Source: Lytechinus pictus (taxonomy: Eukaryota). Taken from it: 60,000 bases of DNA. The stretch spans positions 8,186,001-8,246,000 of the forward strand of contig NC_087245.1 of NCBI RefSeq assembly GCF_037042905.1, written 5' to 3'. Below, in pieces: positions 22,608 to 36,400 of the stretch; position 1 is the stretch's first letter; every line of letters starts with the position of its first letter. Position numbers and translations under genes: made by a program. The notes below the pieces were generated by a model. The model searched no databases and was not told the origin of the DNA. It saw only the letters and a program-made list of their open reading frames with translations.

Positions 22608-24299
22608 GGTCTGTTAGCGAAATTATGTGGACACGATGGACAAAAGCATGATTTTTTCTCCAGACCTTTGTTTATGTATAAGAAGTAAAAATGGGGTATG
22701 CTCCAAAAAATCTGGCTGCAGGAACAGTGAAAAAATGGGTGAAAATGTCAGAATTTATGAGTTTAGATTGGTCTGATATATAGACTAGCGCTAGTGCAAA
22801 ACTCAATAGCAGTGCATTATTTTGCATAGGTTTAGTTCTTGAATTCAGACCCCTTTTGAACAGATTTTCTGTTTGTCCTCGCATCTCAATGCACCAAATA
22901 TCTGAATGCAGATGCTAAACAAGCCGAAGGGTGGCGGTGGAGGGGGTTGAATGTTGGTGTGTATGTATATATTTTGGTCTTGGGGGTAAAGATGTGCAAT
23001 ACACATTTTTTGCATGTGTTGGAAATTGCGTTGCCATGGTAACAGTGTATTATGGCCCAAAATTAGGTAAAAATATTGCAGTTAGAACTTCTTCCTCTGT
23101 TTTCAGAAAGACTTTACAAATTGCTCATGTTAAAATTGTTCTTTGGAATGGGGTAGAGAGGAGATAGAACTTTGTGAACTTTACTGAAGAGAACTAGAGT
23201 GGTACCTTCAAGAAGGTATTTAGAAAAAGGCACAGAGTAAGGTAAGGTATCTAATAGTGCTCAACTAAGGAGGGAGGGGGGGGGGTGGCTGTGTGCTCCA
23301 ATCTTAGTCTAGCCCCCCCCCCCCTCTTTATAAGCCATGTCATCTATAAAATTATCTTTCTTTCTTTCTCTCCCTCTCTCTCTTTCTCTCTCTCTTTCTA
23401 TCTATTTATGTATCTCTTCCTTCTTACATCTGATAGGCAATAGCCCTAGGAAGATTTTGATATACTAGTAATAGGTCAAATGCAAATGTACTAAAGTAAT
23501 ATGTTCTCATTCTTTTATTGTTTCCTCATTCAATCTTATGTATATCTGGTAATTATATAATTGGGGCAGTTCTGGTATCCTGATATCTACACAAAATTTA
23601 CATACACCTTTATATTACAAGGTGAACAGGGGCCTTTATATATTGTCATTGCATTCACTGTTGGGCTATATGCAGGTAGGATATGTAGACATCCATATAG
23701 TGAATATAACATATATGAGTAACACATTAAAATGGGTCATTGCATAGAAAATAGGCATTTTCAATGCATTTCTTTGTGCTAGCGTGAGTGTACAGATATA
23801 AAAGAATAGCAAAGTAGCTATTTAAAAAAATAAAATTCATAGGTCATATAATAAAGGTGCCATGAGCCTAATTACATTAGGAGGGCTAAAGATATTCGTT
23901 CGACCCAACCCATTCGAATTTTTTCAATTTAATATTGCTGATTGACAAAAGTGTATGAATATGATTCAAAATCTAACACTGTTTCTAGAAATGGTAACTA
24001 CTGAGCTTCCTTTGCCCAAATTGGGAAGATATATCAATGATTTGGAATTATTTTTGACTGGCGGAAGAATTGGGGCTATTTTACTGTTTCAGTTGATGAA
24101 TTTGATCCCATCATATAGTTATCTTCATAAATGGCGATTTATTTTTAAAATGAGCTGGCTACGATACCCTTCTCTGGTCAGATATGGAATGTCAGATATA
24201 TATCCTATCCAAAGGTAGTAAACATTCGACCCTCTAATTTCACATTTATTTTTTATGAATTTTTCTGAAGTGCCATTTTAACACACAAGTCTATGGGGA

Positions 24300-24460
24300 A
24301 TGTTTTACGCGCGTGACACCGTAAGATCGTATCTCTGTGAATGCCAACTACTATAGCGCCATCTTACAATGATATCTAGCCAGCTAACTTTGCACGGTGC
24401 ATGGATCCAGTGAAGGCCCACCGTATTTTTTTTTAGTTTACATTTGCACATCTCGAAATC
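24300..24460 (+). promoter_or_regulatory. SNRNP40 promoter / 5' UTR region
   Basis: CpG-richer patch (ACGCGCGTG) with YY1-like CGCCATCTT at 24357-24365, about 100 bp before the ATG. Confidence 0.45.
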
Positions 24461-27400
24461 ATGCCGGTGATGGACCACAAACGGAAAGCAGAGGAAGGTG
24501 CTTTAGTTGCAGTTAAAAGATCGAAGCATCATGAACTTGTGGCTGCAAGCAATCAACAAAATGCTCTCATGCAAGCGGTAAGAATTAACTTTACTCTTTA
24601 GTAAGCAAGAATAGACTACTCGACATTCTCACAATGACTATCATACGACTGTATTCCCAGTTATGCGATTTAGCTTCCGTGCCATGCGAACATTACAATC
24701 ACGAAATCGTGATAGACTTCAGAGAAGAGGCGGTTTATACTAATTGCACGCACCGTTAACAGGGATGGCTTCCTATGTGGTAGACTCTGAAATGACTGGA
24801 GAGAAGAGTTTCTGAATGTTTGTCTATGCCCAGCTTTTAGCTTTTTTTGGTGACTTGAATACAAATAATGCTCCCTTAATTTGACATACGTGTGCAAAGA
24901 ATCAACAGATGACGGTAAATTCATGAAATTCCTTGGCGCTAATGCAGTTTGAACTAGGCCTAGTTATGTGACAAAAAATAATAAAAAAATTATCTGATAG
25001 TGATATCAATAAATTTGGTGTCATTTGAAAACTCTTAAAAGGCCTTTCAAATGATACCAAGAACTCTAATTTTCATCAAGGAATTATAAAGTTATTTCAG
25101 TTTAAGTTGCGCATATTCATCTAAATGTGTGGCCGATGTCTTATTCTTAATGTAAAGTCAATGTAATACATAACCGATTTTTGTGACCTTTTGAACCCAA
25201 GTCTTCAACAGGCTCTAACTTCTTTGTTTTGGGGCCCTTTGGAGTAATTTTGGTATGAATGGAAAGGTGAAAGAACGCTCAATTGATGTGTAATCATGTC
25301 ACTTTGTAATTTTTTTCTTAATATGTGTACAATAATTTCTTCTAATTAATTCAAATTAATTATTCCAATTATGCATTGTTTTTGCCAAATGATGGTGATC
25401 ATGATAGATAATTTATGAAATTTAGTTGGCATCGAAACAGCATCATGTGGGAGATAATTTTCGGCAAGACTTCCCTAAAATTAAACAAAAAATATGGAGA
25501 AGGTTTGTCAAGAATTAAATATACTCACTTGTGTTAAAATGTATTTTATTGAAATATTTATACTTCTTGATTTGTAGGTTTTTTATGAAGATTGTGGTAA
25601 ATAAAGTTTCAATTTCAATCTAACATATATCTAAGAGATTTAGGAAGGAAAAGTTGGATACATACCTGATACCAAAATGTGGCTTTATTCCGTCAAAATC
25701 TCGAGTGTGTGTAATTCCCAATGTCATCGGTTTATTTAGTCAGAAAAATAAATACCCAATACTCTTGGAGAGTAGACTAGTCGTAATATCGGTTGATAAC
25801 CGACACACGATAACCGTTATGAAACCCATGGCTTTCAACAATTCCTGGTACATGTAGCTCAGTGAGTAAGGCGACAGACTGGAGATGCTTCGTTCTGCAG
25901 CGAGAGGTTCGAATCCAAGTTCCAAGCTAAAGTAAGAAGAAAAAAAGAAGATAAAGAGAATGAAAGAAGGGGGTTTTGGAGAAGTATTTTTTTTAATTAG
26001 TGGAGGGGACATAAAGAAATCTTTCCTAATTTTCTTAATGAAATTGTTTAAAGTATAGTTTTTGTAATTTCTAATGTATTTCTTTGTTTTTCAGGTATAA
26101 ATTACAAGCCTTTTTTCAACTTCAGTATTGTATACATATATGTATGGGGTCTTTTTTGACATGAAAATTATCATTTTGTATTTTGTATGGTTTAAAAATA
26201 ATGTACAAGTGTGCTATTTTCTAATGTATTTGATTGTTTCACCAATTCCTTCTCTTATGTATTTTATAGTTTCAACAATTTGTTATACATGTAGGCCTAT
26301 AATAGCTTTTGATTTTAGAGACCCTGGGCATTTGATTACAATTTAATTAAGCTTTGATATATTTTATCAGTTTTCAATGCATTTCTTAGATTTGTATACA
26401 TATTATGAAGGCCCTGTTTGAGCTCCCTTTTTTTTAAAAAGAAAAATGAATAAATTCAGATTCTAAAGTGAAATCACTGCATATAAATGTAGACATACTT
26501 CCATACTATTATGAAACAAAACAACAAAATTAGCAAGATTTTGTGGAAAAGAACTTCACAATCCAAACTTACCAATCTCTCCATTGATAAACTTGAAAGG
26601 CACCAAATTATTGGTTGAAGACAAAAGAAAAGGAAACGAGTGGTCTATATCTTTAAAAAAAAAACCTGAAAAAAAAACAGATATCAAAGCTCTAAACAAC
26701 AACAAAAACAGACATCAAAGCTCCAAACAACACTAAAAACAAGAGAAACAAAAGTGACACAAAAACTTGTACAAATCCCATCCCCATTTTCCAGTTAGAG
26801 ACACAACCCCCCCACCTGCAACCCTCATGCAAAAAAAGGAAAATTTAAAAAATAGGGGGGAAAAAAGATTGATAAAAAATACAGGACTAGACCCATGTGG
26901 AAATGAACAATTATTTCCTCTGAGTTTTCATGTATTTCCTTACAATCTTGAGTGAAAAAATCAAACAACATAATTTTTGCATTTTAATTTAAAAGTCAAC
27001 ATTCATGATAGGCCTATTCCCCTTTCAAAAGCAAATCCAGTCTCCAAATAATGAAACATGATTTAAAAGTTTCCATATATATTTTTTCTACAAAAGAAAA
27101 AAAATAAACACCATAGATTTTGCATTTTAATTTAAAAAAGTCAACATCAATGTTTCACTTTCAAAAGCAAATCCAGTTTCCAAATGATGAAACGTGATTG
27201 AACAATCAACCACCTTGAGTCACATTGGGAGGAAAATGTATTTTTGCGACAAAATGTATGTATTAAAATCAATATCAGAATAATAAATCTATGGTATAAT
27301 GACAGAAATTTTCAGAAAAAAGCACAATATTATCAAGTAACAAACAATTCAAGATCCAATTCAATCCAGCATGAACAACTCACTATCCACCGCTCCCGTC

Positions 27401-30400
27401 ACCCAGCCCACGGCATCGGGCAGCTTGACTGCCGAGAGACTGCCGAGAGACTCTTATATCTGGCCTGCGTGTTGATAGAATCAGCTCAAATTTTGATATT
27501 TTGCAGATCAATACTAACAGAAAGAGTTGGCGTCCTTGTTTGGAAACATATTTTACTTACCATTACAAATTTCGGTCATTTACGCATCCAAAAATTTGAT
27601 GAACTTTCAAGCGGCGATAAAGCCGCGATATCCATATTGAAACTTACATGTACAGAAAGTGCACATCATCGACTGTCTAAAAAAAGGCATAAAATCGCAG
27701 GCCACAAGTTGCGCATGCACAGTAAACTCCATTTTCGAGGAGAGAGCCAGGACAGAAGCGATGCCACTTGCAGTGAAACTGTGCACGGCCTGTGCAGCCA
27801 AAACCAGCGCTCGCGATGCGGCGGCATTCGCACATACCTGCTGTTTCTCAAGTTTTGCTCCGGCCAACTTCGAGCAAACTTCCCCACCAGAAATCATGAC
27901 ACGTCATGGCAAGTATGTCAGTCATATTTCAAGGTCAATATGCCCACTGCTTTTTGAAATATTTGATCGGGAACAGCTGGCTGCAGTGTATTTCAGCGTC
28001 GATTTCGACGTGACATTGTTCGTGATGAGCACTTCACACATATTGATTTGGCTCACAAAAATATTTTTGCTGCTCTGAAGCCATTTGCCACTGGTATACA
28101 TGAATTCAAGGAAATAAGTGCAGTGAAAAGAGATAATGATGTAAAAGAGTTAAGAGATTTTCCTTTTATATGGGGAAAGAAAATAACTATCCATTAAACA
28201 AATTGTGCATGTATATAAAATGATATGTAATTTGAGGGGAAGGTTGATTTTAAAACAATACATGTATGGCTAAATCTAGAAGTTCCCAAATCGTTTGTTT
28301 TTATACAGGGGCCACCTCGCCTATCTAGCATGACTGCAGCTATCATGCTATTGACTGGTCATGAGGGGGAGATCTTCAGTGCTAGATTCCATCCTAATGG
28401 ACAGACATTGGCATCAGGTTCATTTGACAGGTCTATCTGTGAGTATCTAGGTCTATAATACTAGGGCCGCCGGCCGCATGTTCTGTTGGACTTTCAAAAG
28501 GCAATATTTAGTTCACAATATGCATGTATCATCTCAATGTCATCATTATTATTTTAGATGGGGTAGCAATAAGAAATACGAGAAAGGTTCTAAAAGAACT
28601 TACCCCATGACACTTATCCAACTCACTGGGATCTGAGGGAAAGGGACAGTATAAATCCAAACCAACATTTGTTTTCCTATCTATTACACCTCTATGATAG
28701 CCTGGCTAAGCTGAATGAAAAAAATGTTATGTGAACTTTGTTTGACAATTATTATTGGGTGACAATGTATTGATATGACATTACACATGGTGAGGATCAA
28801 ATACCCTTCTATGCAATAGTGTGCGACAGCCCGAAACAGTTCTTAAACTTGAAATGATCAAAATGTTAATTTTTACAGGCTTATGGTGAAATATGAATCA
28901 TTGTGACTATTCAATGTACTAAACATTTTGTAATTTGTAATAACTATTCTTTACAGAAAATGATCACAATTATGACTTATTTGTTCAAAATTTTATTTAA
29001 AGTTTATTCAATTTCTTAGAAATGTAATTTTGCTTTCCATGCTTTAATGATGCCCTAAATACCCTATGGAAAAAGCTCTTTCAAATAGCCCTAGAAAATC
29101 TTTCTTGTCTTGTTGCTGCCTCTTTTCATTTTGAGGTTTCTCTTTCTTGCATTATTTCTTAAACAGGTGAAGTAAAAATGTTTGGTGACTAAATGTTTTT
29201 AAATTCACTTTGAATTTTGTGTCATACTTTCACTGACTGTTCATATCAAAGCAGTAAGAAGTGTACATCGATACTATATATAAACACCGTTCAGTCTATC
29301 TGCAAGCCCCTGTCTTAATTAGCAAATGAGCAAGATTTATCCAAGTCCTCTTGTGGCTGAATTCATGTCCCTGCAAAATCTCGTGAATTGTGAGACTTTG
29401 TTTCTCAAAGAATTTAACCACTTTTTCCTTGAGTAAAATTGATTATTTTTATACCATATGAAAGAGTAAACATTACTCTTTTATACTGATTATTTCTTTT
29501 GAATAAAATATTTTGATAAATAAGTGAATTTTAGGCATGAAAAGATGCCTCAAACAGAATTTTCTTCCTCTTTTTTCTCTTGCAAATTGTGCAAAATTTT
29601 GTGTTTTAGGCACAAACATTATTTATATCATCAGAAAGCTCAAACTCTACACTTTCTTACTATGTCACTTTTGATATGTGGCACCTTTTAGATGGGTCAG
29701 CAGCCAGCTTTTTCCAACAAAATGCAAGACAAGATTTCTGACATTTCTGAGACGCATAAAATCTAGAGTTCTGATTGGTTGATTAGTGTTTCAAAACATC
29801 AGGCGCGGGTAATTTGATGAGATTACCACTTTGTGAGTGTGACCTTGCAGAGGCCCAGTGTGGGAACATTGGAATTTGCGTGGGTGTGTGGTCTCTATGA
29901 CCAATCAGAGCGCAGTATTCTTGTTTTTAAACTGCTAAATGTACTTGTCCTATGAAAAGCTGGCTGCTGACCCATCTAAGACACCTCTTCTTATAAAAAT
30001 TATATCACATTAAAGCTTAGATCTTCAGCTTTATCATAATCTAAAAATTATTAGGGCCCAACCAGAAATTAAGTGTAAAAACAACAAGTTTTGTTGCATG
30101 AAAATAATTATTTTGTTTCATGTTTAAGATCAAAAGTTTCACCTATGTTACAAAATTGTTTTAAAAATCCAGACACATGACCTGAAATAATTATATTTAT
30201 TCTTTTTAATGATACCAACAACATGAAATTTGGTCAATATTAAGAGCAGCAATGGCCAAATAAAAAGAGGTGTTTTCATCCGCACCAAGCTCATTAACGA
30301 TGCAAAAACCCTCTAGTCATGAATATCACTTGGATAAAAGAAGCTACTTTTTGAGGGCTTGCCGACTGACTGCCATTCTTTCATTTTACTTTCCTAGTTT

Positions 30401-33400
30401 TATGGAATGTGTATGGAGAGTGTGAGAACTATGGAGTATTGAAGGGCCACCAAGGTGCAATCATGGAGCTCCACTATAACACTGATGGCAGGTAAGTCTA
30501 AGTTAACCACTGCTGTAGGATTGGTCAAAGGTCGATCAGATGATAGAGTGTAGTTTTCCCATCAATCATCACTTGCAGACTTGCAGTGATGGAATTTTTT
30601 TGGCTTGTTGATCACATCAGATATATTATGAATCATTATGAGTTTGTCTATTAAAAAATTTGTTGTGAAGATAAAATTCCTTTACAAGTAAGGTCATAAT
30701 TACCTTGCTCAAGCAATATCTATGCGTTTGCAGGCAGTTTACATACATGCGCTATTAGTAAATCTAGCGTTGACAGAATTTTGTATAATAGGAAGCCTTG
30801 ATTTTTAAATACAAATTCTTACTTTGTAGAAGAATATACATATTGGTTTATTTTTTTTAAATGGTTCCAGATGTGAACTACAATGATCTCCTTGATTTCA
30901 GGTGACGAGGCAAACTATAACTTCCTCGGCAAGCTGGATGTACTCGCTATCTCTCATCAGCTTTGCTTCAGAAAAATAGCTACATCCAACTTGGCTTGAA
31001 GATGATAGTTTGCCCATCACCTTCACTAACAAAGGTTATTTGCTACTATCTATCATTCCATCTATCATTTTTCATTCTTAATTTTCTTTTTTATCACTTT
31101 CCCATATGCAACTGTCCTCTCGTAATTTGATTTTTGGTATATAGAGATAAAATATGGTGTATCAGCTTGCAGTGTTGACATCTGGCAAAACAAAAGATCT
31201 TTAACAGCTGGTTGTGATCTGGCAAAACAACATTAGCATACATAGCCAAAATTTGGAAATTGAAAATCCTACTCTGATCGCGCGATTCCCAAACTTTCCG
31301 GGATGGTCAACACCGTGCCAAAAAAGGACAAACATTTCTAAACAGCAGCGAGCTTGCAAAAATTTTGTCCTTAACAAGATATTAGATTTAGACATCATAA
31401 AACAAAATCTTATTTACCCTTTTACTTTCATTTTCTACTAGTTATCACTAGAAAGCAGAATAAAAGCACAGTTTTGTGCAATTATAATTTTTCATTTTCA
31501 CAATTATCCAATGATAATGTAAAAATAATTTAGAAAATTTAAATAAATGAATATGACAAAAATAATCACAATGAAACAAAAACATTGAAAAATATATTAT
31601 ATAGACCGAAATAAAGCGTTTGTCAATGACTGCTGCGTGATGATGAAGCTACAATTCAGCCTGACTGAAACATGGCGTGGGCCTACCGCCGCTACGCCGC
31701 GCCGGTACCATATGCCAATGCAATACAGTCATACTATAATAGTCACTCAAATAAAACCATGGAAAGATGATTAAAAATCCAACTAGATTAAGAGTCCATA
31801 GCCACAGGTGCAGAATCAAACACTAAGAAAAACTGTAGAGGTGAAAATAATCATGGACTTCGCTAAGATAAGTCGAAACCTCACCGCTGAAAGCTTACGA
31901 TCCCCCAGACATAACACCGCATTCCTAACCAACGGCCAGCCAGGCCCAGCGGCCCAGTGCTTCAGCGAGAGGCCCACCTCATGGAACAAGCAACCTCATG
32001 CCATCGCACACTCATGAGATCTCAATGGAAACATGTGAGATGTGTAAAATACGATTTTCATGCTGAATGCACGTATGTGCGCACTCAAAAGTGTCTTTAA
32101 AGCATTGCAGTGCGTCAGAAATACATAAGGCAACGCTAAAAGCGTTTGAGTGCTAAAATATGTAAATTTATTCCCCTCCAATGTTAAAAATCATATTGCT
32201 ACGATTTTCCCTCTTTTTAATCTAAAAAATCGTAACAAATGCTCCAAAATACGATTTAATCATATTGGTTGGCAGGTATGCGTTAGTTGATCTACATTCT
32301 TCTACCAGATTATTTGAATGAAAAATGTGAAAATTACTGAATTTCTTACAATTGATTTGAAAACTTGAATTTTTCCTGAGGAAATATTTTTTTTACATCC
32401 AAAATCTAAAAACCTTTAAAAAAATGTTAAAGGAAAAAGAATGAAAGAAAGGAACACGGGTTTTCCAGATCATAGTTGCATGGCAAATCTCACTTAATCG
32501 ACAAGATTATTAAACATCTTGAATGTAAGGATTATATTCCAGACTATTATATGAAAGAAAAAAAACATCTGAAGGAAAGAATACTGTACTCAAAACATCC
32601 TAGGTATATTATCTTTTCCCTACATGTATATATTTCAAAAGTGACTCATCGTTTAGGGAAACATAAAAATATTCAAAAGAAATTAGTCATTATAATGGTA
32701 TATGTATTAATATGTGCAGGTCCAAGAGTCCCAATTTTATGTATTTTTGTACTTGATTGTCTTTCCAGTCAGATTGTGTCCTGTGCGACGGATAAGATGG
32801 TATGTCTATGGGATACAGAGACAGGAGCTAGGGTGAAGAGAATGAGAGGACATACATCATTTGTCAATTCATGTTACTATGCTAGGAGAGGTCCTTCATT
32901 AGTCACCAGTGGTAGTGATGATGGCACCATCAAAGTAAGTCTAGGACCCTGTTTAACAAGGAGTTGCTAATGATTGGAATCAAACTCAAATTGTAATTTG
33001 ATGTTAATTTTCTAATCTCTAATTTGAGATCAACATCTGTTGAGCTTAATTAAAATCTTGTGAAAGTATATTGTCAGTGAAAAATTATTTTAAAAACTGT
33101 TGTATTTGCATTATGATAACATTAAATCTGTTGTATTTTCACACTGTTGTATGGGCATCATGGTCCGAAATTGAGTTTCTAATAACTTGATTACTCTATG
33201 AATTCTTCACTGACAAAATACAAACTTTAAGCCCTGATGAAGTGCATGTAGTTATGAGTGGTTACCAACAAACCAAATTACATGAGTCTTGATCTAACCA
33301 TTGAAATCATGATAAATAATGACTGACTATAAAGCAGTTATTGGATAACATCCATTTTTATTTTGACTACTTTGGTTGTATAGATTTGGGATACAAGAAA

Positions 33401-36400
33401 ACGAGGCTGTGCCCAGACGTTCCAAAGTACTTACCAGGTCTTAGCTGTTTCCTTCAATGATACCAGCGACCAGATTATATCCGGTGGTATTGACAATGAT
33501 ATCAAGGTAAGTCAGTTTAGGGCATTTTCTATTATCTAGTGAATACCAAGGGAATAATTTTTCTTTGTTGATAAAGAAATCAAGTTGGGTATTTGTGATC
33601 TAATCACTTTACAAGTCCTGAGGTGTCAGTTTTCTTTTTGCCCTTATTTTCCACACTCTAATATTATGTTGACTCAGGAGGTGGTAAAATAAGAGGAGGA
33701 AATTAGTAACATTTGATGCAAAATAACATCTCTGTTGTGGAGATCACAATGTGCTCAAGAATAGATGGTCAGAAGTTTCCTATTATATTTAATAGAAAAT
33801 CTTTTGTGAGTGCATCTATTAGCAAACCTGGCTGTTGTTACATGGTTGATAAATGATTTGTATTGTGTTTCTCTTCATACAGGTGTGGGATCTGAGAAAG
33901 AATGGACTACTCTACAAGATGTCTGGTCATAGTGACTCTGTGACTGGGTTAGAACTAAGTCCAGATGGGTCCTATATTGTTTCAAACTCCATGGATAATA
34001 CGTGTAAGTATTATGTGAAAACATGTTATTGATTTCTCATACATGTATTTTAAAATCATTTACACATTTTTGCATGGACGTTAGCATAGGTAACAAGAAA
34101 CGTGACAATAGTACACTATTACAGTGCAGGGTTGAACTTCATTCTGATGATGCTTCATCTTTACATGAAAGTCTGTTGAATGATCAAATCTCAATATTCT
34201 ATTTGCCCTTTCCTTGGATGTATATATATTTTTTTCATTTCAAAAGTTGGTAGGTATGATTATAAAGCTTGTTTTTTCAACTCCTCTCAAAATCACTACC
34301 AGTACTTTTTCTTACTAGTATGAAATCATATTGTATAATCCTGATTTTATATCTTAATGTGTAAAGTCATTTATGAATTTCTTTTCTTTTCCTGACTGTT
34401 CTCAAGTACGAATTTGGGATGTACGACCGTTTGCTTCACCAGAAAGATGTGTGAAGATATTCCAGGGACACCAACACAACTTTGAAAAGGTGAGTGATGT
34501 TACTAAATACATGTGCGGACGATTGCCAAGATCAGAAGCTGGGAGGGGGTGCATGATACCTCCAAAATAGCTGAGTCTTTTAATAGGGTCCTGCCAATAC
34601 CATTGTGTTGTGCAACCTCATTGAACATGTCAACAGCACATGTCACTTGATCATGATCTGACTATTGTGGTAAGTATGACTAAGAGTCGTACGTAAATGC
34701 CTATTTGCATGTGGTATAAAAGGAATGGCCGCATTAGTCAGATCATGCCAAAAGGACGTGCACTACTGTGTATTGATCAATAAGATTGCACGTTTCATAT
34801 TGTTTATGTGTTGCAATTTAAGTGCGACTCTAAGTCATACTTAAATCTTTGTGAAACACCCCCAGGGCTCCAAAAGTGACTATTAACTCCTTTTGAAATA
34901 GCCCAGAGTTTCTGAGTTTCCCCATGGTCAGTTCTTGCAGCTAAAAAATCATTAACAGATAAATGTACAAATGAACTTGCTATTGTTGCTAAATGTCATA
35001 AGTGTCTAGAAAGGGATTTAATGGTAAAAGACAGTAGTTGCAGCAAACAATTATTTCATGAGAAAGTCTTCAAAATCAAGGTTAATAGTCAAAATATTAT
35101 TATTATCATACATCTAGATCTGGTACATTAATGTAAAGTGATCTTTGTAAAATCATGAAATCTTAGCTCAAAATCGATAATTATCATGATCACTTAAACA
35201 GAAAAGCATATGTGGGACAGTGTATTAATTATGCTTAAAAAAATACAGGAGATTTGATGGAATTCCGTGCTTATTTTACTCAATTCTCCGCAATTACGCG
35301 TTTTCTTCCAGAGTCATTTGTCACATATTTTTATTTATACATACAAACACTTCGGTGGCAATTTCTTTGGATTCTGTTCAAACTCATTTTGAGATCGTTA
35401 CCACAACTGGTATTTATCTTTAGCCTATGTACTATAAATTGAAAATTATCCACTTGACTATGCCTTTTCAAATCTCTTATTCTATTGATGTAGAATTTAT
35501 TACGATGTTCATGGTCTCCTGATGGTAGTAAGGTTGCAGCTGGATCAGCTGATCGTCATGTCTATGTATGGGATACCACATCAAGGAGAATCCTTTACAA
35601 GCTACCTGGCCATGTTGGCTCTGTCAATCAGATTGACTTCCATCCTCATGAACCTATCAGTAAGTTACAAAAACTGGACTTAAAGGGAAAGTTAACCTGA
35701 CGAAAAGTTTGTAGTAAAAATACCAGAAAAAAATAAAACAAAATGCTGGTGAAGGTTTGGGAAAAATCTATCAAAGATCAAAAAAGTTATTAGAATTTTA
35801 AGTTTTTGATTTGTGATATCATAAATGAGCAGGTGCCCCATATCTTACGTTGTATAAAATGCATGAATATCAATTTTTAATGGTTCAAAATGACTAAAAT
35901 ATTTTTCCTTTAAGGAGAGGGTGTGAAATGATTTATCTGTTGATATACTGAAGGTACACTAAAAACGACATTTCATTGACTTTTTTCATTTTTAATTCAC
36001 GATGCATAAAAAGCTGCTCGCATAAGACGTCACAAATGAAAAATTACACTTCTAATAACTTTTTAAATCTTTGATGGATTTTCCTCAAACCCTTCACTAA
36101 TATGTTTCTATTATTTTTCTGCTAATTTTACATTAAATTTTTTGTCAGGGTGAACTTCCCCTTTTAATATGTTGATGAATTTATTTTTGGAGAAAGGAAG
36201 AAAAATGTCCACTTAAATCAAACAGGTGACAAGCAACAAGCAAGTGCACAAATCGATCCAAGGCTCTCCAAGGCCATATTTTGATGGGCTTAAATGCCCC
36301 TCTCAGCCTCAGAGATTTCTGTGTTCTTTTTAAATTTTCCCCATCTGTGCTGTAAAAGATGTTACCTATAGAAAATGGTCAGGCCCTAAATGGAATATAA

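Noticed and set aside
32267..32280. GGTTGGCAGGTATG, a TIR related to the 39490 MITE
   Set aside because: No matching left end was found, so no element could be delimited.
34404..34406. AAG acceptor of SNRNP40 exon 7 as non-canonical splicing
   Set aside because: Still a GT-AG intron; AAG is an uncommon but normal acceptor, and the phase fits.
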